Shown here: positions 1-9,375 of the stretch, piece by piece
Layout of the letters: each line of letters opens with the position of its first letter
Position numbering within the stretch: the first letter of the stretch is position 1
Origin: Promethearchaeota archaeon
GTDB lineage: Archaea > Asgardarchaeota > Thorarchaeia > Thorarchaeales > Thorarchaeaceae
Length of the DNA stretch: 64,000 bases
Direction of reading: 5' to 3'
Assembly: GCA_048939765.1 (NCBI GenBank)
Contig: JBHLPF010000005.1
Location: 22,375 to 86,374, forward strand
Notes under the pieces: model-generated
Seen by the model: only the letters and a program-made list of their open reading frames with translations
The model's database searches: none
What the model was told of the DNA's origin: nothing
Made by a program: the position numbers and the translations under genes

Positions 1-636
1 GCGCTAAAGAAGGTCAAATATGCGCCAGAGAGCAAGCAACATGCTGGAGCAGGGTTTACCAAAGTGAGTGCGACAGGCAAGACTGTTCAGGGCGAGATTA
101 TTGCGGGATTCAAAGTGCCTATTCTGACCTATGGTTCAGGCGGCAGATTGGAAACAGTACATTACATAAGTGTCAGCAAAGCACAGGTACTAGTCAAGAC
201 CGGAAAGGGCACTGTTGAAGTAAGAGGCTCAGAGCGTATCGCTAGGAAGTTCCAAATGTTATTGGAGGAACATACGGGTGCCAAGCTTACTCCTCTGAAT
301 CTCAATTCTGAGGCAGTGAAAGAGGTCTATGGTGCTGCTACTGATATCGCGTCAGTCATGCTTTCTGGTGTCGAGAGAGGAAATCTCACACAAGCGGAGT
401 TCCGCGGCATTTCTATCAAGAACGAGGCTGAGATTGGTCTTTACACTCGCAAGTATAGAGGAGAGATTTCACGTTTCCGTGGCACATTTCCATATCCAAG
501 CGGTGCCCAGCATACGACGACTGTCAATGCTGACCTTGGTTCGTTGATGATCTATCGCAGCGGTGAAGGCATAGCAGAAAAGGATCTGAATTGGATTGTA
601 GGTTTGATGGAGGACGCCGCTCTAAACCACGGCTAA
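1..636 (+). CDS. Hypothetical protein, 5'-truncated by the window edge
   Basis: Frame 1 is open from base 1 (ALKKVKYAPES...) into the listed 64..636 ORF; no recognisable motif. Confidence 0.7.
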   Translation, partial: ALKKVKYAPESKQHAGAGFTKVSATGKTVQGEIIAGFKVPILTYGSGGRLETVHYISVSKAQVLVKTGKGTVEVRGSERIARKFQMLLEEHTGAKLTPLNLNSEAVKEVYGAATDIASVMLSGVERGNLTQAEFRGISIKNEAEIGLYTRKYRGEISRFRGTFPYPSGAQHTTTVNADLGSLMIYRSGEGIAEKDLNWIVGLMEDAALNHG

Positions 637-684
637 TCTGGGTAGGCCTAGATCGCCTTCCCGATTCTTGCTTTCCAACCCAGA
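637..684. terminator. Hairpin between convergent genes
   Basis: TCTGGGT (637-643) pairs with ACCCAGA (678-684), with an inner AGGC/GCCT stem; lies between two convergent stops. Confidence 0.35.
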
Positions 685-696
685 AGCTATCTCTAG

Positions 697-993
697 CTAT
701 AACCATTCATCTGTATCTCTCTTGACACCGATGATGGTCCGCGTGTTGTCTAGATAGAATCGCGTCTTGTCTCGGAACTTAGGCCAAAACTCAAAGAATC
801 GCTCAGGGTTCTCGACTTCTATGAGAAGAAATCCATTCCAATCACTTCCCCATGCATGTCGATAATCCCCCAAGATTCTGATGTCGCTTGGCCAGTCATC
901 CTTTGAAAAGATGGTCCAGAATTTCTTGGCCTTCTTTGCTTTTTCTTCATCCATTAACTGAAATCTGTAGAACACAATGAACGCATACGTCAT
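697..993 (-). CDS. Small ferredoxin-like/dimeric alpha-beta barrel protein (GYD/DUF3303-like)
   Basis: 98 aa with a beta-alpha-beta-beta-alpha-beta pattern (AFIVFYRF...WNGFLLIEVENPE...TRTIIG). Confidence 0.5.
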   Translation of the reverse strand: MTYAFIVFYRFQLMDEEKAKKAKKFWTIFSKDDWPSDIRILGDYRHAWGSDWNGFLLIEVENPERFFEFWPKFRDKTRFYLDNTRTIIGVKRDTDEWL

Positions 994-1063
994 CCTAGTC
1001 CCCGAAAATCACATGCGTTCGGTGAATTAAAAAGATTGAGCACTGGCAAGAATTCGGTGAGTC

Positions 1064-1795
1064 ATGTCTTCTAGAGAGCCTGATATTGTCGGACGCGAAT
1101 TCAAGCATGGAAAAGTTGCATATGGCTTTCGGTGGAATAAGACTCATCATGAGCGAATGGGAAAGGACGAGGGGGATCTTGCTTCCTTATGGGCTCACAT
1201 GACAAATATCACCTCCGGGAGAGTTCCCTCTGCACCATTCTCCGATCCATTTTACGAGAGGGCTTCTTCCCTGAAGTTGACAAAGATGAACGCTGCAAAG
1301 AAGGCAGCTATGAAGAGCCGCCTATTCAGAATAGGATCTGTGAAGAGTTTCATGGATAGTGATCTCATTAGCAAGCTAAGGAACTATCATCGAGCAACCA
1401 ATAATCTAAGTTACAATGCTGACCACGGAATAATGACAGAATTCCTGCATCAAGACCCTAATACTATAGCAATCGAAGTACCCGTATGGTCTGACCGATA
1501 TCGTCTATCAGGGCATATAGACCTCCTTAGATTCGTAGGATCTACCGTTGAGGTGTGTGATTACAAACCAGGGCCTATGCATTCCACCAGCAATCGATTC
1601 TTGGAATCAATACCGCAAATTGCGGCATACGGCGAGATGATGGCTCATCATCTGGCAGGCACTCTGAGAAGCGCCTTTGATGCGCCACTTCTCCCCAAAA
1701 TCCGCTGCTGTATCTTTGACACACATGCTTGTTGGGAGTTCGGTGCTGAAATGTTTGTGACTCTATTGGAATCTGACAAGATATCTGGCTTTTAA
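1064..1795 (+). CDS. PD-(D/E)XK (RecB/Cas4-like) nuclease family protein
   Basis: Motifs EVPVW, LSGHIDLL, VCDYKP, QIAAY; no Cas4 Fe-S cysteine set. Confidence 0.75.
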   Translation: MSSREPDIVGREFKHGKVAYGFRWNKTHHERMGKDEGDLASLWAHMTNITSGRVPSAPFSDPFYERASSLKLTKMNAAKKAAMKSRLFRIGSVKSFMDSDLISKLRNYHRATNNLSYNADHGIMTEFLHQDPNTIAIEVPVWSDRYRLSGHIDLLRFVGSTVEVCDYKPGPMHSTSNRFLESIPQIAAYGEMMAHHLAGTLRSAFDAPLLPKIRCCIFDTHACWEFGAEMFVTLLESDKISGF

Positions 1796-2628
1796 TTCTG
1801 GCTGTTCTTGACAATCGCCATAGTCACATTTTCTTCTATGCTAAGCGATCCTGTATCAGGATTCTTGGTCTTCAGTAGGATTGTGGGCCTCTGTGAAACA
1901 AGTCCTTCTCGAACTCGTGAGAAGTAGTTCTCGCTCAGAACACCAAAACGACCTAGCGCAGGGTCAACCGGAACCCATCCTCTTCTCTCCAGGAAAATCT
2001 CGCACCATGCATGTGGTTCTGGCATGGTTTGCTTCTTGAAGAAGTGTCCAATGACTCGTCTAGAGGGAATCTTGACTGCTCTCGCAAGTGCGATGAATAG
2101 GTCAGCATGCTCATCACAATCGCCCTCCTTTTCCATCGCTGCCCTCGCTGCTCCTATTCTCTCATCTAGATGAGTCTTTAGCTTCACGCGCTCTCGAACC
2201 ACTTGAAATGCAAGCCTACCATATGAGAGATCTCCATCACTCTTCTCTGCGATGCTCTGAGACAATGTCTGAATGATCGGGCTTTCCACTTCCCAGTATT
2301 TCTGCATAGAGCTGTACATACCGACAGTCTGCTTCCTGATTGATTCGGGTATCGACTGTTGCTCAATCAGCCAATCTCTAGTCGTGGTGTCTATTCGCAA
2401 AATCGCAGTGGGAGAGAATGCTTCACCAGGGCTAATCTCCGGAACCTTCATGACTGCAACAATATTCTTCTCTGCTCGCTCCATCACCCTAGCTGGAGGA
2501 AAGACATCAATCATCTCAACAAATTGATTGTCCATGTCAGTAAAGAGATGCCAAATAAGCCGGCCATTACGAATCTTGGATTTTCCGCGATTTAGTATAT
2601 CGGCTTGCATCTCAATACGTAATCTCAC
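1792..2628 (-). CDS. Transglutaminase-like (Cys-His-Asp) domain protein
   Basis: GDCDEHA...ARAVKIPSRRVIG...HAWCE...WVPVDP. Confidence 0.9.
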   Translation of the reverse strand: MRLRIEMQADILNRGKSKIRNGRLIWHLFTDMDNQFVEMIDVFPPARVMERAEKNIVAVMKVPEISPGEAFSPTAILRIDTTTRDWLIEQQSIPESIRKQTVGMYSSMQKYWEVESPIIQTLSQSIAEKSDGDLSYGRLAFQVVRERVKLKTHLDERIGAARAAMEKEGDCDEHADLFIALARAVKIPSRRVIGHFFKKQTMPEPHAWCEIFLERRGWVPVDPALGRFGVLSENYFSRVREGLVSQRPTILLKTKNPDTGSLSIEENVTMAIVKNSQN

Positions 2629-2740
2629 TACCTGGCCTCGCTTAATTCGAACAAGTCGTTCCTACTGCGAATAGATTTATGTGTTGTCTGCTACTCCAGT
2701 CCTATTGCCTCAATGATTGATAGGTTAGCGAGGTTCGTTT

Positions 2741-4198
2741 ATGAGCAAAGATCCTAAGGACTCCCCTGACCGAACAGGAGTGGTCGACGAATTACTTGAG
2801 GAACTTGGTGTCGATGACAGTTTGAAAAAGGAGCTCATCGATTCAGGACGACTACAGACTGATGTATTCATGGTAGAGTCTGCAGAACAAGTTCGACGGC
2901 GTTTGGAGATAGAACGAAGCGCTGAAAGGCTCAGAGATAGTCTTGTTCTCCTAGAACGCAGCATGATGAAGGTCGATGCTACAGTTGACAGAGTCGAACG
3001 TGATTTGGTACCAGTTGTCCTCTCATTCTTGGTCGGGCTAAAAGGGAACCTTGTGAATCTCAGGACGACGATTATCGGCCGGAGCAAACGTAGAGCTAAG
3101 ACGAACTTGCAGGCCTCATATGTTGAAACAGAGGTAAAGTCCATCGTAGAGGAAGAGTTTGAGAGAGTTGAGGAAACACTCACCACAGGAATGTCTGCCC
3201 CAATAATGGAGAAGGTGAAAGACATCACTGATGGCCTTAAGGGTTCCATGAAGACTACGTTTGAGGAAATGACCACTCTGAAGTCAAGTGTGGATGGTTT
3301 TACACAGCGTGCAACAACGGAGCTTGAGTTCCTCTCTAAGGAACTACTGATGAAGCCAAAGGAAATCACTTCTGCCGAACTCACTAGCAAGGTCAAGGAA
3401 CTCGAAAGACAAGTGGAGGAGCTCACACGTGATCTTGGCGTCGCTGAGGAGCGCCTGAAGAACAGAGAAGAGGAGATTGCCAGAGTTCAGAGTGATTTCA
3501 TTGAGGCCAAAGCCAAAGAGGACTTGCTTGAAGAGACCATTGCGAAGATGAGAGCTGCTCCGCAGGTTGATGCAGATGTTCTTGTTGACCTCCGACAAAA
3601 GGTGAAGTCTCTGGAAACCGAACGTGATCTCCTGACAAAGAGAGTGGGAGAGGAAGAGACTCGTGCTACCACTGCAGAGAAGGCGGCGGCTGAACACAGA
3701 TCAATCGTTTCAAAGAAGGAGATTGAGATTGGTGACTTAAAGGCTCAAGCAGCTGGACTTCAGACTCAAATCGATTCTACTAGAGAACAACTGCTTGAGG
3801 TGGATGAACTTCGAGCCCGCCTTCGTTCATATGAGTCGGGAGATAAAATGCGAGAGCTTGAACGACTACACAGTGACTACGATCGAATCAATGCCACCTT
3901 TGAACGACTGAAGAAGGACCATAACAAGACCCTTGCAAGATTGCGATATACACAGCTACGTTTGGATGGATATCTCGGGCTGATGGAATCAACTGACAAA
4001 ACAAAGGGCTTTCTAATGGTTGAAGAGAATAATGAGATGTCCGTGAAAGCGATAGCTAATTCATTAGGTGTGTCCCAACCCATAGTCAGGAAATGGGCTG
4101 AGGACTACCAGAAGCTTGGTATTGCACAAATCAAGGGTGACGGAGAAACAATAGTCCTAGACAAGATGCTAGTAGTGTTGGAAGAGGATGAAGAGTAG
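2741..4198 (+). CDS. Long coiled-coil protein with C-terminal winged HTH
   Basis: About 300 aa of E/K/R/L heptads, then MSVKAIANSLGVSQPIVRKWAEDYQKLGIAQI. Confidence 0.75.
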   Translation: MSKDPKDSPDRTGVVDELLEELGVDDSLKKELIDSGRLQTDVFMVESAEQVRRRLEIERSAERLRDSLVLLERSMMKVDATVDRVERDLVPVVLSFLVGLKGNLVNLRTTIIGRSKRRAKTNLQASYVETEVKSIVEEEFERVEETLTTGMSAPIMEKVKDITDGLKGSMKTTFEEMTTLKSSVDGFTQRATTELEFLSKELLMKPKEITSAELTSKVKELERQVEELTRDLGVAEERLKNREEEIARVQSDFIEAKAKEDLLEETIAKMRAAPQVDADVLVDLRQKVKSLETERDLLTKRVGEEETRATTAEKAAAEHRSIVSKKEIEIGDLKAQAAGLQTQIDSTREQLLEVDELRARLRSYESGDKMRELERLHSDYDRINATFERLKKDHNKTLARLRYTQLRLDGYLGLMESTDKTKGFLMVEENNEMSVKAIANSLGVSQPIVRKWAEDYQKLGIAQIKGDGETIVLDKMLVVLEEDEE

Positions 4199-4202
4199 TA
4201 CT

Positions 4203-4658
4203 CTACGCTTTCTGCACCTTTCCAAAAAACTGGACTATCTCTAGGAGTCCATCTATCTGTAACACGCTTTCGTAGAGTTTCTCAATCCCTTCCGAGCTGA
4301 TTGAACTAGTCATGTATTGCTTCATAGCGGGTTTCAGGACATCCTGCACGAAGGCCCTTCTTAGACATTCAAGGGCGTTAATTAGCTGAGAGCTGAGTTG
4401 ACCAGATTCAAGAGCATTCTTGACAGTAAGATACTGCTCTCTACATTTCTTGGATGCAACGTGCTTTTTCCTCGGTCCTTCCAAAGCTTGCCTTGCAAGA
4501 GAGAAATATTGATCCGTGGCTTTGTTGAAGTCGGTTACTGCCAGATATTTGGTTTCTGAACACCGACTAAGGAACAGTCTGGTTCTATCTGTAACTGATC
4601 CAAATAGACCGCTGAGTGTTTCGAGCTCCCTAGGCGTCTTCAACAGAAGGACCATCAA
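4203..4658 (-). CDS. Hypothetical all-alpha protein
   Basis: 151-aa ORF filling the gap between real genes. Confidence 0.6.
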   Translation of the reverse strand: MMVLLLKTPRELETLSGLFGSVTDRTRLFLSRCSETKYLAVTDFNKATDQYFSLARQALEGPRKKHVASKKCREQYLTVKNALESGQLSSQLINALECLRRAFVQDVLKPAMKQYMTSSISSEGIEKLYESVLQIDGLLEIVQFFGKVQKA

Positions 4659-4751
4659 TAAATAGGCCAGAACTCATTTTAATTTTCACTCGCGATTTTG
4701 TGCTCACACACCATAAGACGAATAAGAGTCGACGGGAATGAAACCTTGATT

Positions 4752-5798
4752 ATGAAAGAAGCGGTGCTCTATTCCAGCCTTAAGGAAGGAGTCAGATGTG
4801 ATCTATGCGCCCGGAGGTGTGTCATACATGAGGGCGAGACCGGATTTTGTAGAGTAAGAAGTCTGAAGGAATCCAAGCTATACACATCCGTCTATGGGCT
4901 GATTGATGGAATGGCAGCTGATCCAATAGAGAAGAAACCGCTGTTTCACTTTGCACCTGGTTCTAGAACGTTTTCTATTAGTACCTCTTCGTGTAATTTC
5001 AGATGTCAATTCTGCTTGAACTATCATTCCTCACACCGTGAGAGTCCAGTAGGTCACCAAATGAGTCCTGAAGCAATTGTCACTCAGGCTGAACGAACAG
5101 ACTGCGCTGGAATAACGTACACATATACTGAGCCCACAATCTTCATGGAGCTTGCACATGATACTGCAAAGATAGCAAACTCGAAGGGAATGTTCAACAC
5201 ATTTGTCACAAATGGCTACATGACAGAAGAGGCGGTAGATTACATAGCACCGTATCTTGATGCAGCATCTGTGAACCTCAAGGGGAGTGCCAACAAGGAG
5301 TTCATGCAACAATACATGGAAGTTCCTAAGCCTGAACCTATCTATAATTCAATGGCCCGTATGAGAGAGAAGGGCATCTTCATAGAAATCACAAATCTGA
5401 TTATTCCCGAGATTGGCGATCATGAAGACGACACAAGAGCATTAGCAGAGTGGGTGGTGGATATTCTTGGCCCTAGAACTCCACTTCACATCATTGCATT
5501 CTCTCCCACTTTTAAGATTACGAACATTCCCCGAACTCCAGCAAGAATGTTGGAGAAACACATCAAGATAGCAAAAGAGGTAGGATTGACTTTTGTATAC
5601 TCTGGAAACATTGGTGGACATGACTATGAGAATACCTACTGTCCAGAATGCGGCTTTAGGGCTGTAGAACGCTATGGAGTCTATTTGAAAAAGAACCATC
5701 TGAATGAACAGGGTCATTGTCCGAAATGCAATGCAGACCTGAATATTCAGGGAGTGCAATGGATGGGCGAAGGTACTCCACGTTTGACATTTTTCTAG
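4752..5798 (+). CDS. amrS: AmmeMemoRadiSam system radical SAM enzyme
   Basis: N-terminal CDLCARRC..GFCRVR, DPIEKKPLFHF, CNFRCQFC, YTYTEP, C-terminal CPECG/CPKC; ATG at 4752 preferred. Confidence 0.93.
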   Translation: MKEAVLYSSLKEGVRCDLCARRCVIHEGETGFCRVRSLKESKLYTSVYGLIDGMAADPIEKKPLFHFAPGSRTFSISTSSCNFRCQFCLNYHSSHRESPVGHQMSPEAIVTQAERTDCAGITYTYTEPTIFMELAHDTAKIANSKGMFNTFVTNGYMTEEAVDYIAPYLDAASVNLKGSANKEFMQQYMEVPKPEPIYNSMARMREKGIFIEITNLIIPEIGDHEDDTRALAEWVVDILGPRTPLHIIAFSPTFKITNIPRTPARMLEKHIKIAKEVGLTFVYSGNIGGHDYENTYCPECGFRAVERYGVYLKKNHLNEQGHCPKCNADLNIQGVQWMGEGTPRLTFF

Positions 5799-5809
5799 GA
5801 GTCTTCGAA

Positions 5810-6703
5810 ATGCAGGTGATGAATGTTCTCTGGCGACCTACAGGTCAGGACACCTTCGAATCCGGCATCAGGGTTTGGCCAGATGAATCAGACACCCCAA
5901 TATTCCTGGCCCTACCCTCAGAGTACGATGTGGAGTGGACCATCCTAGGGCCCAAGCGCTGTATTGGTCATTTGGATTCACAAGGCACGCCGGTGAGATG
6001 CCCTGAGAACAGTCTAGTTCGCAGAGGTATGCGTCGATGTGGTCCGTGTTCCGCAATGGACGAAATAGACCAATGCATTCGTTGTGATGGTAGCTACTGT
6101 AATGCGAGTGAAGAGCGAAAGGAGCGGTGCTTTTCAAGCGAATATGCCGTCTATCTTGCCGTCTTCAATGATGGTACTCTAAAGATTGGTGTTTCTTCGA
6201 GGTCTAGGGTAGAGACCAGATGGGTTGAACAGGGTGCAGACTATGGTGGAGTGATTGGGATCATCGAAGGAGGTTTGAGGGCCCGTCAGATTGAGCACAA
6301 ACTGGGTGCTAGATCTGCTGTAAAGAAACAGGTCAGAGCTGAACGCAAGGCTATGCACCTCTTGAAGCCTATTGGTGGGGAAATAGCTCAAGAAATCGCT
6401 CAAGGATTTCTTGACACTGTCAAGGAGAAAGAGATTGAATCTGAAATCGCACTTCAGGACTTATCAGACCACTATCATATCGATTCATTGAACGCAGAAC
6501 CTCAGAGATGGAGGTCGGGAAGAACTCCGGTCGAGGAACTGCAGTTAGCAGGACGGGTTGTAGGCATGAAAGGGTCATTGCTTGTAACCCGAATTGGTTC
6601 AGCTTTCACAGTTGCAAATCTGTCAGAGCTAATCGGCTACTCCATAGATGATGCTTCTGAGGTGCGAATTACTTCTCAAACAGGCCTTCTTGATTTCTTA
6701 TGA
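5810..6703 (+). CDS. DUF2797-family protein
   Basis: RCIG..CP..CGPC..C..C, VYLA..LKIGVS..RWVEQGAD, GxVVGMKGSLL. Confidence 0.8.
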   Translation: MQVMNVLWRPTGQDTFESGIRVWPDESDTPIFLALPSEYDVEWTILGPKRCIGHLDSQGTPVRCPENSLVRRGMRRCGPCSAMDEIDQCIRCDGSYCNASEERKERCFSSEYAVYLAVFNDGTLKIGVSSRSRVETRWVEQGADYGGVIGIIEGGLRARQIEHKLGARSAVKKQVRAERKAMHLLKPIGGEIAQEIAQGFLDTVKEKEIESEIALQDLSDHYHIDSLNAEPQRWRSGRTPVEELQLAGRVVGMKGSLLVTRIGSAFTVANLSELIGYSIDDASEVRITSQTGLLDFL

Positions 6704-6749
6704 TGTTCAGATAAGTTATATCTGGTCAATTGTCATGCCAGTAATTACG

Positions 6750-7607
6750 ATGAGTGAGTCAAAAGACCAAGGTGCAAAGGTCCGCTATCTCTCCTTAGTG
6801 AGAAGAGAGGGTGGTGAGCCAATAATAGGCATCCCCTATCGTGAGATGTCTGTGGACCCGGATTTGGTCGCGAGTTTTGTGTTAGCTATCATCATTTTTG
6901 AGAACCGGCAATTGAAAACGTTCACCAAAGAAGGCTATGTGGTTGTCATCGAAGAAGGGAAATATGTGGTCGGACTACTCATCATTGACAAAGTCGAGGA
7001 CGACACTGAATACCGACGAGCTTTGATCAGACTCATTGAGCAATTTGAATCCGAATACGAAGTGCATCTGCAGAACTGGAAGGGTGACATACGTCCTTTC
7101 AGGGAGTATGCACTTACTATTCTCGGGATTTTCCCGTACCGAAGGCTCGATTGGGACTTGGTACCTCGAATGGTCACGAAGTCCGAGGCAACTCCTGATC
7201 TTCAGGCGGCCATACCTTGGAGTGTTGGAGAAACTGATGAGAAATTGCAGCTTATTTCAGGCTACATCAATGGCAAGCGAACAATCGGTGAGATAGTTGA
7301 TCAGTCAGAAATACCTGAGGCCGAGGCATTGGCGCTTTTGTCAATGCTTGATCGGTATAAATGGATCACAATGAGTAGACGTTTGGAGGAGAAGAGTGTA
7401 CTAGTGAAGGTAATGGAGCCACCCCTTCTACTACGAGGAGTATATGGGGACCAATTAACGGCTCTTGTGGAACTTTGTGATGGTACTAGGACTCTTCTCG
7501 AAATCTGTGAGTTGCTGCCGTATAATATGGAAGCAGTCAAAACAGTAGCAAAGAACCTGATAGATGCGGGGGTGCTGGGTTACTATGATTTGGAATTGGC
7601 CAAATAG
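6750..7607 (+). CDS. Longin + tandem winged-helix protein (NPRL2/NPRL3-like architecture), paralog 1
   Basis: Longin pattern (YLSLVRREGG..DPDLVASFVLAI..IEEGKYVVGLLII..EQFESEY) followed by LVP and two wHTH (YINGKRTIGEI; LCDGTRTLLEIC); ATG 6750 follows a TATA-like TTATAT near 6716. Confidence 0.75.
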   Translation: MSESKDQGAKVRYLSLVRREGGEPIIGIPYREMSVDPDLVASFVLAIIIFENRQLKTFTKEGYVVVIEEGKYVVGLLIIDKVEDDTEYRRALIRLIEQFESEYEVHLQNWKGDIRPFREYALTILGIFPYRRLDWDLVPRMVTKSEATPDLQAAIPWSVGETDEKLQLISGYINGKRTIGEIVDQSEIPEAEALALLSMLDRYKWITMSRRLEEKSVLVKVMEPPLLLRGVYGDQLTALVELCDGTRTLLEICELLPYNMEAVKTVAKNLIDAGVLGYYDLELAK

Positions 7608-7702
7608 CAACCGTACTCACTCACCAACAATTGCCATCAATACAGCATCGCCGCTCCAAGATGACTCTACGAATGAATACTGGATAGGAGGCATGACCTG
7701 CT

Positions 7703-8533
7703 TTGTCCATTGATACAACAAAGGTCAGATACATCTCTCTTATCCGAATGGAAGGCGGAGAGTCAGTTCTCAACGTTCCCTACGCTGAGATGACCGTTGA
7801 TCCGGACCTTATTGCAGGCTTTGTGACGGCGGTGATCATCTTTGCCAAGACTCCAATTCGAACAATAAGAAAAGCTGCGTATGATATTCTAATTGAAGTT
7901 GGAGAAACTGTGTTGGTGCTTCTTGTCGTTGACCCAGTTCCGGATGAATCTCCATATCGTGAGAAGCTCAAGAAGATTCTACAGAATGTTGAATCAACGC
8001 ATGGCAGGAAACTGAGGGATTTTGAGGGCGATGTCAGAATATTCAGGGATTTTGCTCTAAACATTATCAAAGAGTTTCCATACATGGAGATCGACCTTGA
8101 TTTGGTGCCTATACGCAGGTCTGGAGGATCTCGAATAGGCTTTCGTGTTGGCGATGTTGATAAGAAGCTCGAACAGGTTGAAGCCTTCATCAATGGAAAA
8201 CGCACTGTTGCAGAGATACTTGATTTGATTGGTCTGCCAGAAGAAGAGGTTCTCGCGGCTATCTCTGCTCTTGCCAAGTATAAATGGATAGGCTTCAAAC
8301 GCAGGCTTACCGAGAATGATATTCTTGTACGCAATGACTGTCACGACGTAGATATTGACAAGCTTCGAATCCAATACGAAGCCAATGCAGTAGATGGTTT
8401 GATTGCTAGTTTTGATGGTGTGAAATCGATTACCGAAGTCTTTCAATCATTGCAAAATGATCGCTATGATCGCAATGCACTTTGGTTTTTAATTCACAAG
8501 CTTGTAGAATACGGTTGCCTCACTCCTGCCTAA
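7703..8533 (+). CDS. Longin + tandem winged-helix protein, paralog 2
   Basis: Collinear with the 6750 gene (KVRYISLIRMEGGE, VDPDLIAGFV, GDVRIFRDFAL, DLVP, FINGKRTVAEI, FDGVKSITEV). Confidence 0.75.
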   Translation: MSIDTTKVRYISLIRMEGGESVLNVPYAEMTVDPDLIAGFVTAVIIFAKTPIRTIRKAAYDILIEVGETVLVLLVVDPVPDESPYREKLKKILQNVESTHGRKLRDFEGDVRIFRDFALNIIKEFPYMEIDLDLVPIRRSGGSRIGFRVGDVDKKLEQVEAFINGKRTVAEILDLIGLPEEEVLAAISALAKYKWIGFKRRLTENDILVRNDCHDVDIDKLRIQYEANAVDGLIASFDGVKSITEVFQSLQNDRYDRNALWFLIHKLVEYGCLTPA

Positions 8534-8539
8534 TGTGAG

Positions 8540-9364
8540 TCAAAGCGGAGTATCATTTCCGGGTATTCCAACAACATCGCTTCTACATTGCTGACAATGA
8601 TGAAACTGTTCAATATAGGCGGAAGCAGTCTTTCTTGCCATTGCTATTTCATGCTCCGAAGGTGCTTGCATCTGTATCATATTGGCGTTTGGGACCAGTG
8701 GTACGATATTATGAAGAGTAGCTCCAGCTTTCGAGATGCTTCTAGCCAAGGAGCCAATGTCGCCCCCGTTTATGGATGGAATAAGAATTGAATTCACCTT
8801 TACACGAATGCCAACGCTACTTGCTCTGCAGATTCCATCCAATTGTTTCTCAATCACGCGTTCACCCATCTTCTCGCCCCGCATCAGATTCCCATCTACT
8901 ATTGCCCACTCATAGATTCTCGCCGCAGAGTGAGGATTGACTGTGCTTATTGAAACTGACACTGTTTCAACATTGAGTCGCAGAAGGTTCGGAACATGTT
9001 CAGCTAGTAAAACTCCATTTGTGCTTATGCAGAAGTGGATGGCAGGAAACGCCATTTTGACTCGCTGAAGAGTGCAGAGTGTTTCATCATTTGCCAATGG
9101 CTCTCCAGGGCCTGAGACAGCCACGATCTTAAGGTTGGGTCTTTTCTCGATTTCCTCAACAGCTCTGCCTGCAGCATCTTCAGGTGCCATTAGGATTCGA
9201 GAAGTACCAGGCATGCTAGTATGGCAGGCAGAAGCGAGCGCTCTATCACAGAAAGCACATTTCACATTGCACACTCTTGCCACCGGTAGATGAATCCGCT
9301 CCCAGATATTGTGCCTGGATTGAGACCAACACGGATGGAATTCTGAGGGATAGGCTTGCTGCAT
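8540..9364 (-). CDS. nifB: Stand-alone NifB-like radical SAM protein (divergent)
   Basis: HPC, RIHLPVA, CNVKCAFC, SGPGEPLAN, CISTNG, KVNSILIP, C-terminal CQQCRSD. Confidence 0.8.
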   Translation of the reverse strand: MQQAYPSEFHPCWSQSRHNIWERIHLPVARVCNVKCAFCDRALASACHTSMPGTSRILMAPEDAAGRAVEEIEKRPNLKIVAVSGPGEPLANDETLCTLQRVKMAFPAIHFCISTNGVLLAEHVPNLLRLNVETVSVSISTVNPHSAARIYEWAIVDGNLMRGEKMGERVIEKQLDGICRASSVGIRVKVNSILIPSINGGDIGSLARSISKAGATLHNIVPLVPNANMIQMQAPSEHEIAMARKTASAYIEQFHHCQQCRSDVVGIPGNDTPL

Positions 9365-9375
9365 TGCTTTGTCAC

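Noticed and set aside
2741-4198. SMC/Rad50 or ESCRT-III/CdvA call
   Set aside because: No Walker motifs, hinge or hook; no Snf7 core or PRC barrel recognised
6648-6749. Extended N-termini from the ORF track (6648, 5717, 4698, 18391)
   Set aside because: They overlap upstream genes or promoters; downstream ATGs fit the paralog alignment or RBS/TATA spacing better
8540-9364. Evidence for nitrogen fixation
   Set aside because: No nitrogenase structural genes in the window and several NifB fingerprints are substituted
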